NCBI GenBank assembly: GCA_001782035.1
Contig: MFNL01000001.1
Location: 84,078 to 148,077, forward strand
DNA: 64,000 nucleotides
Direction of reading: 5' to 3'
Origin: Candidatus Levybacteria bacterium RIFCSPHIGHO2_01_FULL_37_17
Lineage (GTDB): Bacteria; Patescibacteriota; Microgenomatia; Levybacterales; UBA12049
In this document: positions 29,416 to 37,393 of the stretch, piece after piece
Layout of the letters: each line of letters begins with the position of its first letter
Position numbering within the stretch: position 1 is the first letter of the stretch
Notes under the pieces: generated by a model
The model's database searches: none
What the model was told of the DNA's origin: nothing
Seen by the model: the letters and a program-made list of their open reading frames with translations, nothing else
Program-made: the position numbers and the translations under genes

Positions 29416-30162
29416 TTATTCTACAAGGATTGAGCCAATCATAGTATCGGCGTGGGCTGAGCAATGATAAGGATAAATTCCTGCAGTATCAAAAGTCAAC
29501 GAGTATGAGTCTCCTTTTCCAAGCGCTTTTGAATTCTGCTCTAAATAATAAGTGTGCGCAGGATGTGAATCAGTATTTACATAGTGTTCAATACTTTCGT
29601 CATTCACCCATGTAACTTTTGTACCCTTGCTTATTTTAATATCTTTAGGATCAAACATAATATTGCTTAATTTTATAGTCACTTCTTTCTGTCCTGTCAT
29701 GTCTTCAAAGTTTGATTGCAGACTTCTGTCAATTGCAAATTGGAAATATCCGTCGTGGCAGGACCCATCCGGCCAGCACGCATTGTAATTTACTGTATAT
29801 ATTCCATCAGGTGCGGAAGAATCCATGCTTCTTCTCATAGAAAGCTTATTAGTGTCAATTTCTGTTTCACCAACTCCATAGTCTTTTCCGTTACTCTCTA
29901 TCTTAATTTCAGATGGAGCAGCCAGATCAAAATTAAAATCTATAACTACGTTAACCGGAACACCGGACAACGTTGAGCCGTGTGCTGGAGTATTGCTTTC
30001 ATAGTGGGCGCTTTTTTTTGGGTCAGTAAATGAGGAAGAAATTTGTGAACTTTGATTATCCAAGTTTGTTAAAGAGGGGGAAGTGGATTTGTTCAAGAGA
30101 AAAAATCCTGCAACTAAAACAACTATTACAGTTATTGTTCCTATAACAATATATTTACTCAT
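29416..30162 (-). CDS. secreted or membrane-anchored cupredoxin-domain protein
   Basis: N-terminal TM/signal, then C-terminal YHCSAHADTMIGSILVE with type-1 copper ligands (H, C, H, M). Confidence 0.6.
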   Translation of the reverse strand: MSKYIVIGTITVIVVLVAGFFLLNKSTSPSLTNLDNQSSQISSSFTDPKKSAHYESNTPAHGSTLSGVPVNVVIDFNFDLAAPSEIKIESNGKDYGVGETEIDTNKLSMRRSMDSSAPDGIYTVNYNACWPDGSCHDGYFQFAIDRSLQSNFEDMTGQKEVTIKLSNIMFDPKDIKISKGTKVTWVNDESIEHYVNTDSHPAHTYYLEQNSKALGKGDSYSLTFDTAGIYPYHCSAHADTMIGSILVE

Positions 30163-30213
30163 TTAAGATAAGTACTGTATACACTTTTGCATAATTCTTG
30201 TCAATTGGGGCAA

Positions 30214-31281
30214 TTATAGCACCTCGGAAAGCCTCTCCTTATAAAAATTAACAGCGTTTGTTACTGCAGCTGACCAGCCTGATGGCAAAAGATTGTGGCC
30301 TGCATTTGGATAAGTAAAGTAAGTAACATCAATTTTATTTTTTTCTAAAGCTTCAACTAATTCATCCGACCACCAGTAGGGAACTTCCTGGTCATCCAAC
30401 CCTTGGCTTATTAAAATTGGCGCTTTAATCCATTTATAGTATTTCTCGGGAGAAAAAAGCTCGACGTCGTAAAGATTTTCAAAACTTGCAAGAGCTTCTC
30501 TTAACTGTTTTCCCTGGTCATCATATTCGTCGGTGTAATAAAGAATTGAATAAGGAAAAGATTTTGAAACCGGCGCCCATAAGACAGTAGGATAATTTTT
30601 CCCGGAGACTGCAAGTGTAGAAAGCGCAATATGGCCACCATTACTGTGTCCCCAGATTCCTATCCTTTGTAAATCTGCCGAAATAGTCCCTTTATAGTTT
30701 GATTCTAGGCCTTGGTTCAAAGTTGTTAAAGAGGATAAGAGAGTAAGAGCAGTTGTGTATGTTTGAAATCTTCCCTCAAACGAATCGCCCGATTTATCAG
30801 ACTCTCCAAAGTCCAAAAAATCAGGAGCAAGCGTTATAAAACCGGCTCGGGAAAGAACCGTGGCAGATGGTTGAGTGCCCGCCCCAGGTTTATAAACATC
30901 ATTTGGAATAAATCCTCTAAACATTACAATAACCGGATATTCACCTTCTTCTTTTGGAATATTGGCAAGCCCTGATACTTTTAGCATCTCTTTACTATTA
31001 GGCGCTTTGGGAACGTAAAAATAAAATACTTGTTGAAATGAATTTTCATTCTCGCTTATGACACCCCCAAGTCTTATTTGGTTTTGAGGGAATTGAGTCT
31101 TTCTTAAATTTTCAAATGCGTAGGCAAGGAGAGGCCGGGGTATAGGCAACTCTTCGACTATGTTTTGCTTGAACCATTGATTTTGAAAAATGTATAATGA
31201 TTCCAGAGCGACGATGATTAACAAAACCACACAAAATAATCCGAGTACTCTTTTCACGAGCCAATTGTAGCAAATTTGCAA
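30214..31281 (-). CDS. secreted alpha/beta hydrolase (esterase/peptidase fold); likely start is GTG ~31254
   Basis: GHSNGG nucleophile elbow and a signal-peptide-like N-terminus. The track start is a TTG. Confidence 0.65.
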   Translation of the reverse strand: MQICYNWLVKRVLGLFCVVLLIIVALESLYIFQNQWFKQNIVEELPIPRPLLAYAFENLRKTQFPQNQIRLGGVISENENSFQQVFYFYVPKAPNSKEMLKVSGLANIPKEEGEYPVIVMFRGFIPNDVYKPGAGTQPSATVLSRAGFITLAPDFLDFGESDKSGDSFEGRFQTYTTALTLLSSLTTLNQGLESNYKGTISADLQRIGIWGHSNGGHIALSTLAVSGKNYPTVLWAPVSKSFPYSILYYTDEYDDQGKQLREALASFENLYDVELFSPEKYYKWIKAPILISQGLDDQEVPYWWSDELVEALEKNKIDVTYFTYPNAGHNLLPSGWSAAVTNAVNFYKERLSEVL

Positions 31282-31294
31282 TTAACATGTTTCG

Positions 31295-31783
31295 GTGTAT
31301 AATTCCTTTATGCAAATTGCTGAGAGAAGGACAGGGCTTCGCAGGTTTCTCCCATTTCTTTCCGAAAGAAAACCGAAAGGCCACGATCTAACAGCTGAAC
31401 AAGTAAAGGCAAGAAGACTCGCAAGATATCAAGATAGAGACCCTGTATATGAAGTTGAACAGGAATTGGTTGTTCCGGCTAGTTTATTCAAAGATAAAAT
31501 GGCAGAAGTCTTAGTTATGACACAACTTAGAGATGGAGTCTGGACTTCAATCGCTGCCGCTTACAATGCCGATTCAACATACAACCCAGATATAAGCAAT
31601 GAAAACAGAGTTATCGGCAAAGTAAGTTTTAAGGCAGATTCACTAATTGGCGCCTTGGAGAAAGAAGTCGCTTGGATAGAAGATAGCATTTCTATATATG
31701 GTTGGAATCCTCATAATGAAGGCCTAAGCGAAAGCATAAAAGACACATATAATCAAAGAATATACAAAGTGGTTAGAGATTAA
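31295..31783 (+). CDS. hypothetical protein (start may be the internal MAEVLV)
   Basis: 162-aa ORF of higher GC with no recognisable domain. Confidence 0.35.
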   Translation: MYNSFMQIAERRTGLRRFLPFLSERKPKGHDLTAEQVKARRLARYQDRDPVYEVEQELVVPASLFKDKMAEVLVMTQLRDGVWTSIAAAYNADSTYNPDISNENRVIGKVSFKADSLIGALEKEVAWIEDSISIYGWNPHNEGLSESIKDTYNQRIYKVVRD

Positions 31784-32301
31784 TCAACGGTTGGGACTTG
31801 TTCTAATTCAGATTTAATTTCATCTTCTGTTTTACTACCATAACTTACAAGTAGCTTGTCGCCATTTTTTATTTCTTTTTCCAGAGCATCTCTATCTTCT
31901 ATGCCGTTAATAAAAAATCTTAATTTTCCAGAGCCATCACCACAAAATATTTGACCGGTTCCTGTAGTCAGACAGTCCTTTGTAAGTTTCATTGGCAAGG
32001 TTTTAAAAAAATTATCCCAGACAGTACCCGTCTTTTTAACAATAACTATATTTGCTTCCTCCATATAAGCGTCTTTTGATTGATTGTGATATTTTGGGTC
32101 TGTAAAAACCCGCTTAGTGTTGTTTGTAAAAATTGCAAATGAGGCTTTTATATTTTGCTTTTCAACCTTTTCTCCAGGCCTAGGAAAGAACGATTCGCTA
32201 ACCTCGCGCTTATTCCCTGAAGAGTATAAGCTAAAAACAATGAGGACAGAAAAAATTAATGTTACAACAAGAAATAAAATTTTTTTCATGCAAGGAGACA
32301 C
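31780..32301 (-). CDS. secreted hypothetical protein
   Basis: Signal/TM at the N-terminus (MKKILFLVVTLIFSVLIVF), 173 aa. Confidence 0.45.
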   Translation of the reverse strand: MSPCMKKILFLVVTLIFSVLIVFSLYSSGNKREVSESFFPRPGEKVEKQNIKASFAIFTNNTKRVFTDPKYHNQSKDAYMEEANIVIVKKTGTVWDNFFKTLPMKLTKDCLTTGTGQIFCGDGSGKLRFFINGIEDRDALEKEIKNGDKLLVSYGSKTEDEIKSELEQVPTVD

Positions 32302-32316
32302 CCTGGTTTTATAAAT

Positions 32317-32796
32317 TTAGGTATCATTTTTCTTATTCTTGTTTTTCCTGTAGATTGTTAATGCCGTAATCAGGGAAACTAGAAATATCATTGAACCTAT
32401 AAAACAAGCTGTTGTAAAGATATTATCTGTTGCAACGCCTGAGCAGGATAATTTTGAGCCCACTTTTTGAGCATAGAAATTATAAATTTCTATGGATAGA
32501 TTAAACCATGCAAAAATAGTTCCTCCAATCAGAAAAATTGAAAGAAATTTTTGATGTTTAATTTTCTTTTCGTTAGATGTTCTAAGAATATATAACGACC
32601 AAATAAAAGCTCCCAGGAATGCAAAAGCTCCGTAAAAACAAGGTGTTGTTATTGGGTTTGGAACAATACAATTTTGTATTCTAGTTAAGGAATGATAAAT
32701 GTTATAAAAACGGTTAAAGTCCGTATAAACAGTAAACCATGCAAATAAAGTACCTAGAAGCAATAAAAACGATTGCAAAAAGTATGCCTTTTTCAT
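32317..32796 (-). CDS. 4-TM membrane protein with conserved cysteines
   Basis: 159 aa, four hydrophobic helices, Cys pairs in loop/TM ends. Confidence 0.45.
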   Translation of the reverse strand: MKKAYFLQSFLLLLGTLFAWFTVYTDFNRFYNIYHSLTRIQNCIVPNPITTPCFYGAFAFLGAFIWSLYILRTSNEKKIKHQKFLSIFLIGGTIFAWFNLSIEIYNFYAQKVGSKLSCSGVATDNIFTTACFIGSMIFLVSLITALTIYRKNKNKKNDT

Positions 32797-33107
32797 AGGA
32801 ACATTTTATAAATTCCAGAGAATAAAATCACAAAAACAATTAATGTAAAGGCTGCAAAATACAAAAGCGTTTTACTAAATAAATTAATTGATTCTTTTTT
32901 CTTTCCATCAAGGTATAGTTGCAAAGGGTAGAATAGAAAAACGTATCCCATTACGGCAGCTGATAGAGTAAAAAGTGAGAGAACAGCAATTGGCGCAAAA
33001 ACAGTGTCCTCTTTTGGTAAGTTTCGTGTTCCATAAAACATAAATAGGGAAACCATAACTATATACAAAAGTGCGGTCAGAGCATTAATGATGGGGTTCT
33101 TGCTCAT
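32793..33107 (-). CDS. small 3-TM membrane protein
   Basis: 104 aa. Its stop overlaps the downstream gene start (operon). Confidence 0.45.
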   Translation of the reverse strand: MSKNPIINALTALLYIVMVSLFMFYGTRNLPKEDTVFAPIAVLSLFTLSAAVMGYVFLFYPLQLYLDGKKKESINLFSKTLLYFAAFTLIVFVILFSGIYKMFL

Positions 33108-33149
33108 ATCAAGGAAAGTATATGCATGTTGTTGATAATTTGCAACGTT

Positions 33150-33269
33150 CTACCTGCGCTTTTTCTTCTTTCTTTCAGCAAGCATTGTCCACTTTATTTC
33201 AAGCCTTTTTTTAGTTTTGTGTGAGCGAGATTTTTTCTTCTTTCCAACTCCTGTATCTCTTTTCGCCAT
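33150..33269 (-). CDS. unannotated 39-aa very basic ORF (MAKRDTGVGKKKKSRSHKTKKRLEIKWTMLAERKKKKRR)
   Basis: Read from the reverse strand. TATACT lies 8 nt upstream of the ATG. It is below the ORF-track length cutoff. Confidence 0.3.
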   Translation of the reverse strand: MAKRDTGVGKKKKSRSHKTKKRLEIKWTMLAERKKKKRR

Positions 33270-33300
33270 AAGAACAGTATACACTAATTGTCGAAGCGGT

Positions 33301-33681
33301 TTAGATTTGCAGTTTTCTGACGAGAGCTTTTGCTCTTCTAAGGCTATTTTTGGAATTGTAGTGTTTGTATAAATTATCTAAAAACTGGTAGCTAGCAATA
33401 AATGGAACTCCAAATATTTCTGAATTCTCATCTATTATCGTATCTTGAGTTGTATAGTCAGGTGTTTGTTCTTTTATTTGTAGCCTGCGTTTTCCATTTT
33501 GGTTCTTTAGCTCAATTACATAATGAGACCCGTCTTTTCTAAACCTGATCAGACCTATTTCAAGATCGTCAACGGGAAAAAATCTTTTTTGAACAGATTC
33601 TATTAACAAAGGAATTGCGGTTTGAACCTCTTCCGAAGTCCTTGGTTCAGGTTTAGCTTGTTGTTCAGGTCTCTCTACCAT
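33301..33681 (-). CDS. hypothetical protein
   Basis: 126 aa. TTGACA-N16-TATAAT lies 10 nt upstream of the ATG. Confidence 0.45.
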   Translation of the reverse strand: MVERPEQQAKPEPRTSEEVQTAIPLLIESVQKRFFPVDDLEIGLIRFRKDGSHYVIELKNQNGKRRLQIKEQTPDYTTQDTIIDENSEIFGVPFIASYQFLDNLYKHYNSKNSLRRAKALVRKLQI

Positions 33682-33764
33682 AGTGGAGCAAATTATACCC
33701 TAAGTTTTCTGATTGTCAATGGAACTAGACCTCAAGCTCTATCTTTGATAAAATTAACCCACAT

Positions 33765-33836
33765 TCCGTGGTAGCTCAACGGTAGAGCAGGAAACTGTTA
33801 ATTTCAAGGTTCTAGGTTCGAATCCTAGCCACGGAG
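33765..33836 (+). tRNA. tRNA-Asn (anticodon GTT)
   Basis: Acceptor stem TCCGTGG/CCACGGA, D-arm GCTCAACGGTAGAGC, anticodon loop CTGTTAA, T-arm GGTTCGAATCC. CCA is not encoded. Confidence 0.85.
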
Positions 33837-33902
33837 CATCCTGGATAATATAACTATGACCCATTTCTTGACAAATGGAGATAATCTGCTATTATTCACG
33901 CT

Positions 33903-34187
33903 ATGACAGAAAAGAATAACCAAAGTGCTTCCGAATATGCCAGACAACATCCAGAAGAAGTGGATAGAGTTTGGAAAGGGACGCAAGAAGCATTACGCAC
34001 AGGAGACCTGCAAGGTCTTTCAGAGTTACTCTCTGAATCCGCACAACCTTCTGCTTTAGACAGACTGACAAAACAAGTGGAAAGAGAAGCAGATCAAGAT
34101 CCCACTGGTAATGCAAGAAGACACATGGAAGAGAGAAGAACAAGATTATCTGAACAAGCAGAAAGATTTAATAAACCCCAAGAATAA
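33903..34187 (+). CDS. acidic hydrophilic hypothetical protein (higher GC)
   Basis: 94 aa. TTGACA-N16-TATTAT lies 7 nt upstream of the ATG. Confidence 0.4.
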   Translation: MTEKNNQSASEYARQHPEEVDRVWKGTQEALRTGDLQGLSELLSESAQPSALDRLTKQVEREADQDPTGNARRHMEERRTRLSEQAERFNKPQE

Positions 34188-34261
34188 CTACAACCCTAAA
34201 CGGGTCTAGTCCGACTCAGGGAGCTGCATATTTCCCGCTTATTTTGCTATAATCCACCTCT

Positions 34262-34933
34262 ATGAGTCCAGAGATGCAGGGCGGTGACTTACAAAATCAA
34301 CAAAGCTTTACTAATGAAGGACTTTCTCCTCAGCAAAAAGCAGCTATTGGTAAGGAAAAGGAGCTTGCTCAACGAGTAATGGATGAAGGCAAGGCTGAGG
34401 AGGTAGTTAATATGTTTAAGCACTCAGTCGACCTAGACAAGCCAGTTTTAACCTACGCGGACATTGGGAGAGTGATGCTTCCCGATATAGCTGGTGAGTT
34501 TCCACTGATTGCCGCAGGAGCAGTCAGAAGAATTGTTAATTCTCTTGTAAAACTGGACGAAAGAAAACTTATCAACGAAAGAAAAAAGAAATTACTTTTT
34601 GAAGCGACACTTGAAAAAGCAGATCCAAAAAAACTAGAAGATGCAAGATCAAAAGCACGTAAAACCAGAAAAGAAAATATAAGGAATGGTAAGACTAAAA
34701 TAAAAACTGAGCATCTGCTGGAAATTAATGGAGCAACGCAATGGACGGAAGATGAAGATACCCTCTTAAAGCTTGTTCTTGAATCTGAAGATTTCAGGCA
34801 TAAAACACATCATCATGGCAGGCCTAACTGGCAGAAAGTTGTGGATTTTATAAATAAAATCTATTATCAAAGGGCTCCTACTAGAACGAGAGACAGCGTT
34901 ATTGGTAATGCAAAAGCAAAAGGTTATCTTTGA
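34262..34933 (+). CDS. hypothetical protein with a possible SANT/Myb-like Trp-repeat region (higher GC)
   Basis: 223 aa. TATAAT lies 8 nt upstream of the ATG. W...EDEDTLLKLV...W spacing is loosely Myb-like. Confidence 0.4.
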   Translation: MSPEMQGGDLQNQQSFTNEGLSPQQKAAIGKEKELAQRVMDEGKAEEVVNMFKHSVDLDKPVLTYADIGRVMLPDIAGEFPLIAAGAVRRIVNSLVKLDERKLINERKKKLLFEATLEKADPKKLEDARSKARKTRKENIRNGKTKIKTEHLLEINGATQWTEDEDTLLKLVLESEDFRHKTHHHGRPNWQKVVDFINKIYYQRAPTRTRDSVIGNAKAKGYL

Positions 34934-35033
34934 AGCACGGATAGTTCCTAAATTCGTCCATTAGGCGGAGCAAATTAGCCTCAAAATATCACCTATCTAT
35001 CTTAAAATAAGACTTTATTGTATTATTGTAAAT

Positions 35034-35252
35034 ATGGCCAGTAAAAAACGTGGGGGATACTCATTGTACAAATTTATCACCATTTTAATGGGGAGTCTTC
35101 TTATTCCCATAGGTACAATAATTGGATATCAACTGGGAAAAGGAAACTACACTTATGCTATTTTGGGCATAATATTTCAGACATTTTATGTCTTTTTTCA
35201 AGGATGGTTATGGTGGAAAACAATGGAAAAAAGCGAAGACATGCATTCTTAG
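35034..35252 (+). CDS. small 2-TM membrane protein
   Basis: 72 aa, two hydrophobic helices. Confidence 0.4.
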   Translation: MASKKRGGYSLYKFITILMGSLLIPIGTIIGYQLGKGNYTYAILGIIFQTFYVFFQGWLWWKTMEKSEDMHS

Positions 35253-35341
35253 TCTAAAAGAAAATGGTTCTTGACCCGTCCATTAGGCGGAGCCATGTCC
35301 TATAGTTGAATATTCATTACCTCCGTGATATAATCTCCGCC

Positions 35342-35695
35342 ATGGCTGAAAAACAACCAATAAGAATTACTCCTGAACAAGGAGAAAACTTCAGAAGAGA
35401 AGGTTTTACTGGAAACGTCTTGGTAAATGCTGGTCAAGAGGTAGGATTTAGTGCTTTAACAGTAGATGTTTTCGGATCACATCCACTTAAACAAATGGTT
35501 GGAGCAACTAGAAGCTACTTCGTCTTGAATGGTTCAGGCAAATTCATTCTTAATGGCGAGGAGATTAAGGTAGCTGAAGGAGACCTGGTGGTCATTCCTG
35601 ACGGCGGAATCTATAAATATTCAGGAGTTATGAAGCTTTTTGAATTCAATGTTCCAGCTACGACCTCAGCAAATTCAATAACCTTGGATGAATAA
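35342..35695 (+). CDS. cupin domain protein (start at the internal ATG, with TTGAAT-N17-TATAAT 7 nt upstream)
   Basis: FVLNGSGKFILNGEEIKVAEGDLVVIPDGGIYKY cupin motif. The track start at 35306 lies inside the promoter. Confidence 0.55.
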   Translation: MAEKQPIRITPEQGENFRREGFTGNVLVNAGQEVGFSALTVDVFGSHPLKQMVGATRSYFVLNGSGKFILNGEEIKVAEGDLVVIPDGGIYKYSGVMKLFEFNVPATTSANSITLDE

Positions 35696-35739
35696 ATAGG
35701 CTCTAGCATTAACATTTTTTTAGTATACTTATCAGTGCT

Positions 35740-36204
35740 GTGACACGAAGCTCAACATTATTTTTAAAGGCAGCAGTTTTACTTATCGCAGCAGCGGTGT
35801 TTTTTGGCATGATTCGGTTTCCTCAGACTGAGGGAAGAGCGACCAACCTAGATCTAGTCAGTATTTATAAAGACCCGTTTATTATCTACATTTATATAGC
35901 TTCAATCTCATTTTTTGTGGCATTATATCAAGCTTTTAAGCTTTTAGGCTATGTTGATAAAAACAAGATTTTCTCTCAAGCTTCTGTGAAAGCTGTGAGG
36001 AATATAAAATACTGCGCAATAGCCCTTGTCGCTTTTTTTGTAGGGGCAGAAACCTACCTATTTATAGTGGAACGCGGCAAGTCTGATGATATTGCGGGCG
36101 GCGTTATGATGGGTCTTTTTATTATTTTTGCCTCACTTATAGTTGTAGCCGCGGCAGATGTTTTTGAAAGACTTCTTCAAAAAACAATTACGAAGCACAG
36201 CTAA
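35740..36204 (+). CDS. DUF2975-like 4-TM membrane protein
   Basis: 154 aa, four TM helices; matches DUF2975 in general appearance. Confidence 0.4.
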   Translation: MTRSSTLFLKAAVLLIAAAVFFGMIRFPQTEGRATNLDLVSIYKDPFIIYIYIASISFFVALYQAFKLLGYVDKNKIFSQASVKAVRNIKYCAIALVAFFVGAETYLFIVERGKSDDIAGGVMMGLFIIFASLIVVAAADVFERLLQKTITKHS

Positions 36205-36329
36205 AAACACAGTTCGTAAATTCGTCACCATTCGACAGGATTAGAATCTACAACATTAAGTGGAGCACATCTTCTCCTTAAGACCAAAAAATTGTATAAT
36301 AGAGAAACGAAAGGAGGCAAAATAAAATT

Positions 36330-36527
36330 ATGAACGGAACAATTAAGAAAAAGACGGATAGAGGATTTGGGTTTATTTCCCGAGAAGGAGAAGCCAGAGA
36401 TCTATTTTTTCATTCTAAAGACTTAGTAGGCGTTACTTTTGATGAACTTCAAGAGGGAGCATCTGTTACTTTTGATGTTGAAAATACTGAAAAAGGACCA
36501 GCAGCAAAAAACGTAAAACTTGCTTAA
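36330..36527 (+). CDS. cold-shock protein (CspA family)
   Basis: GTIKKKTDRGFGFI RNP1-like motif and SKDL...FDV. A strong SD (AAGGAGG) is upstream. Confidence 0.9.
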   Translation: MNGTIKKKTDRGFGFISREGEARDLFFHSKDLVGVTFDELQEGASVTFDVENTEKGPAAKNVKLA

Positions 36528-36612
36528 GTAAAACAATTCAATTTTATCGCTCAGTGAAAGCCCATTTGACTTTTAGGAAAGAAAGAGAGATTATTTCCTT
36601 AACTTTAAGGGG

Positions 36613-36876
36613 GTGATGAATTTGGCAGATAAAGGCAAAAAGTTAGGTATTGTGACTCATTTCTACGACAAGATTGGTGTTGGAATAGTTAAACTTGATT
36701 CCAATTTAAAAGTGGGCGACAAGCTTAAGTTTTCCGGCAACAACACTGATTTTGAACAAGTTATTTCCCAAATGCAGTTTGACCACAAAGATATTGAAAC
36801 CGCCAAAAAAGGACAAGAAGTTGGAATAAAACTAGACGGCGTTGTTAAAAAAGGAGACTCAGCTTACATATTATAA
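36613..36876 (+). CDS. small beta-barrel-like hypothetical protein
   Basis: 87 aa, preceded by a TAAGGGGGTGAT RBS context. Confidence 0.45.
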   Translation: MMNLADKGKKLGIVTHFYDKIGVGIVKLDSNLKVGDKLKFSGNNTDFEQVISQMQFDHKDIETAKKGQEVGIKLDGVVKKGDSAYIL

Positions 36877-36890
36877 GGGGGTGATTATAA

Positions 36891-37091
36891 ATGGCTGAAA
36901 AAGAAATGAATTATGGGCATCATTGTGGGGGAGGACACTTTCTATTCACAATAGGACTTATTGCAATTGTCTACGGATTGGTGCAATGGGCAATGGTTAT
37001 GTATAACCTACCAACTTATGGAGCCTGGATTTTGGGGGGAGCTTTATTAATTGTTGTTTGGCGGGTAAAGAAAATGATGTGGATGAAATAA
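36891..37091 (+). CDS. small 2-TM membrane protein with an HHCGGGH motif
   Basis: 66 aa. The same TAAGGGGGTGAT RBS context as the previous gene. Confidence 0.45.
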   Translation: MAEKEMNYGHHCGGGHFLFTIGLIAIVYGLVQWAMVMYNLPTYGAWILGGALLIVVWRVKKMMWMK

Positions 37092-37180
37092 CCATAAGCT
37101 AATAATGGAAGACCGTACTTATTATAAATTGGCAATTTTTGCAAGAACTAATTATTTAATCTGGTTGTGTACCTTGTAGG

Positions 37181-37393
37181 CTATTTAGTTAAAACAGCCG
37201 AGTAGCCAATCCTTTTTATTATCTGTATTATTTCATCTTCCGAAATTTTCTCTGGATCAAATTTAATATCTGTAGTTGATTTTGCATAGCTGGTTCTTGA
37301 TTCTTGTACCCCATTATCTTCTAGCTCTCCATCTATATCCATTGCGCAACTGGAGCAGTGCATTCCTTGTAGCTTTAGTTTCAGATTTTTCAT
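37181..37393 (-). CDS. copZ: heavy-metal-associated (HMA) copper chaperone
   Basis: GMHCSSCAMDIDGELE, a ferredoxin-like betaalphabetabetaalphabeta metal-binding motif (MxCxxC). Confidence 0.8.
   Translation of the reverse strand: MKNLKLKLQGMHCSSCAMDIDGELEDNGVQESRTSYAKSTTDIKFDPEKISEDEIIQIIKRIGYSAVLTK

Noticed and set aside
26437-31281. Integron gene-cassette array interpretation of the one-strand enzyme array
   Set aside because: The spacers are 11-51 bp with no attC-like imperfect inverted repeats or core sites, no intI or attI is nearby, and each spacer instead carries a promoter-like element.
33840-37100. Prophage or integrative element at tRNA-Asn
   Set aside because: No integrase, recombinase, capsid, terminase or repressor genes are present. 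Only compositional deviation and short repeats were seen, so it is reported as a possible degraded island instead.
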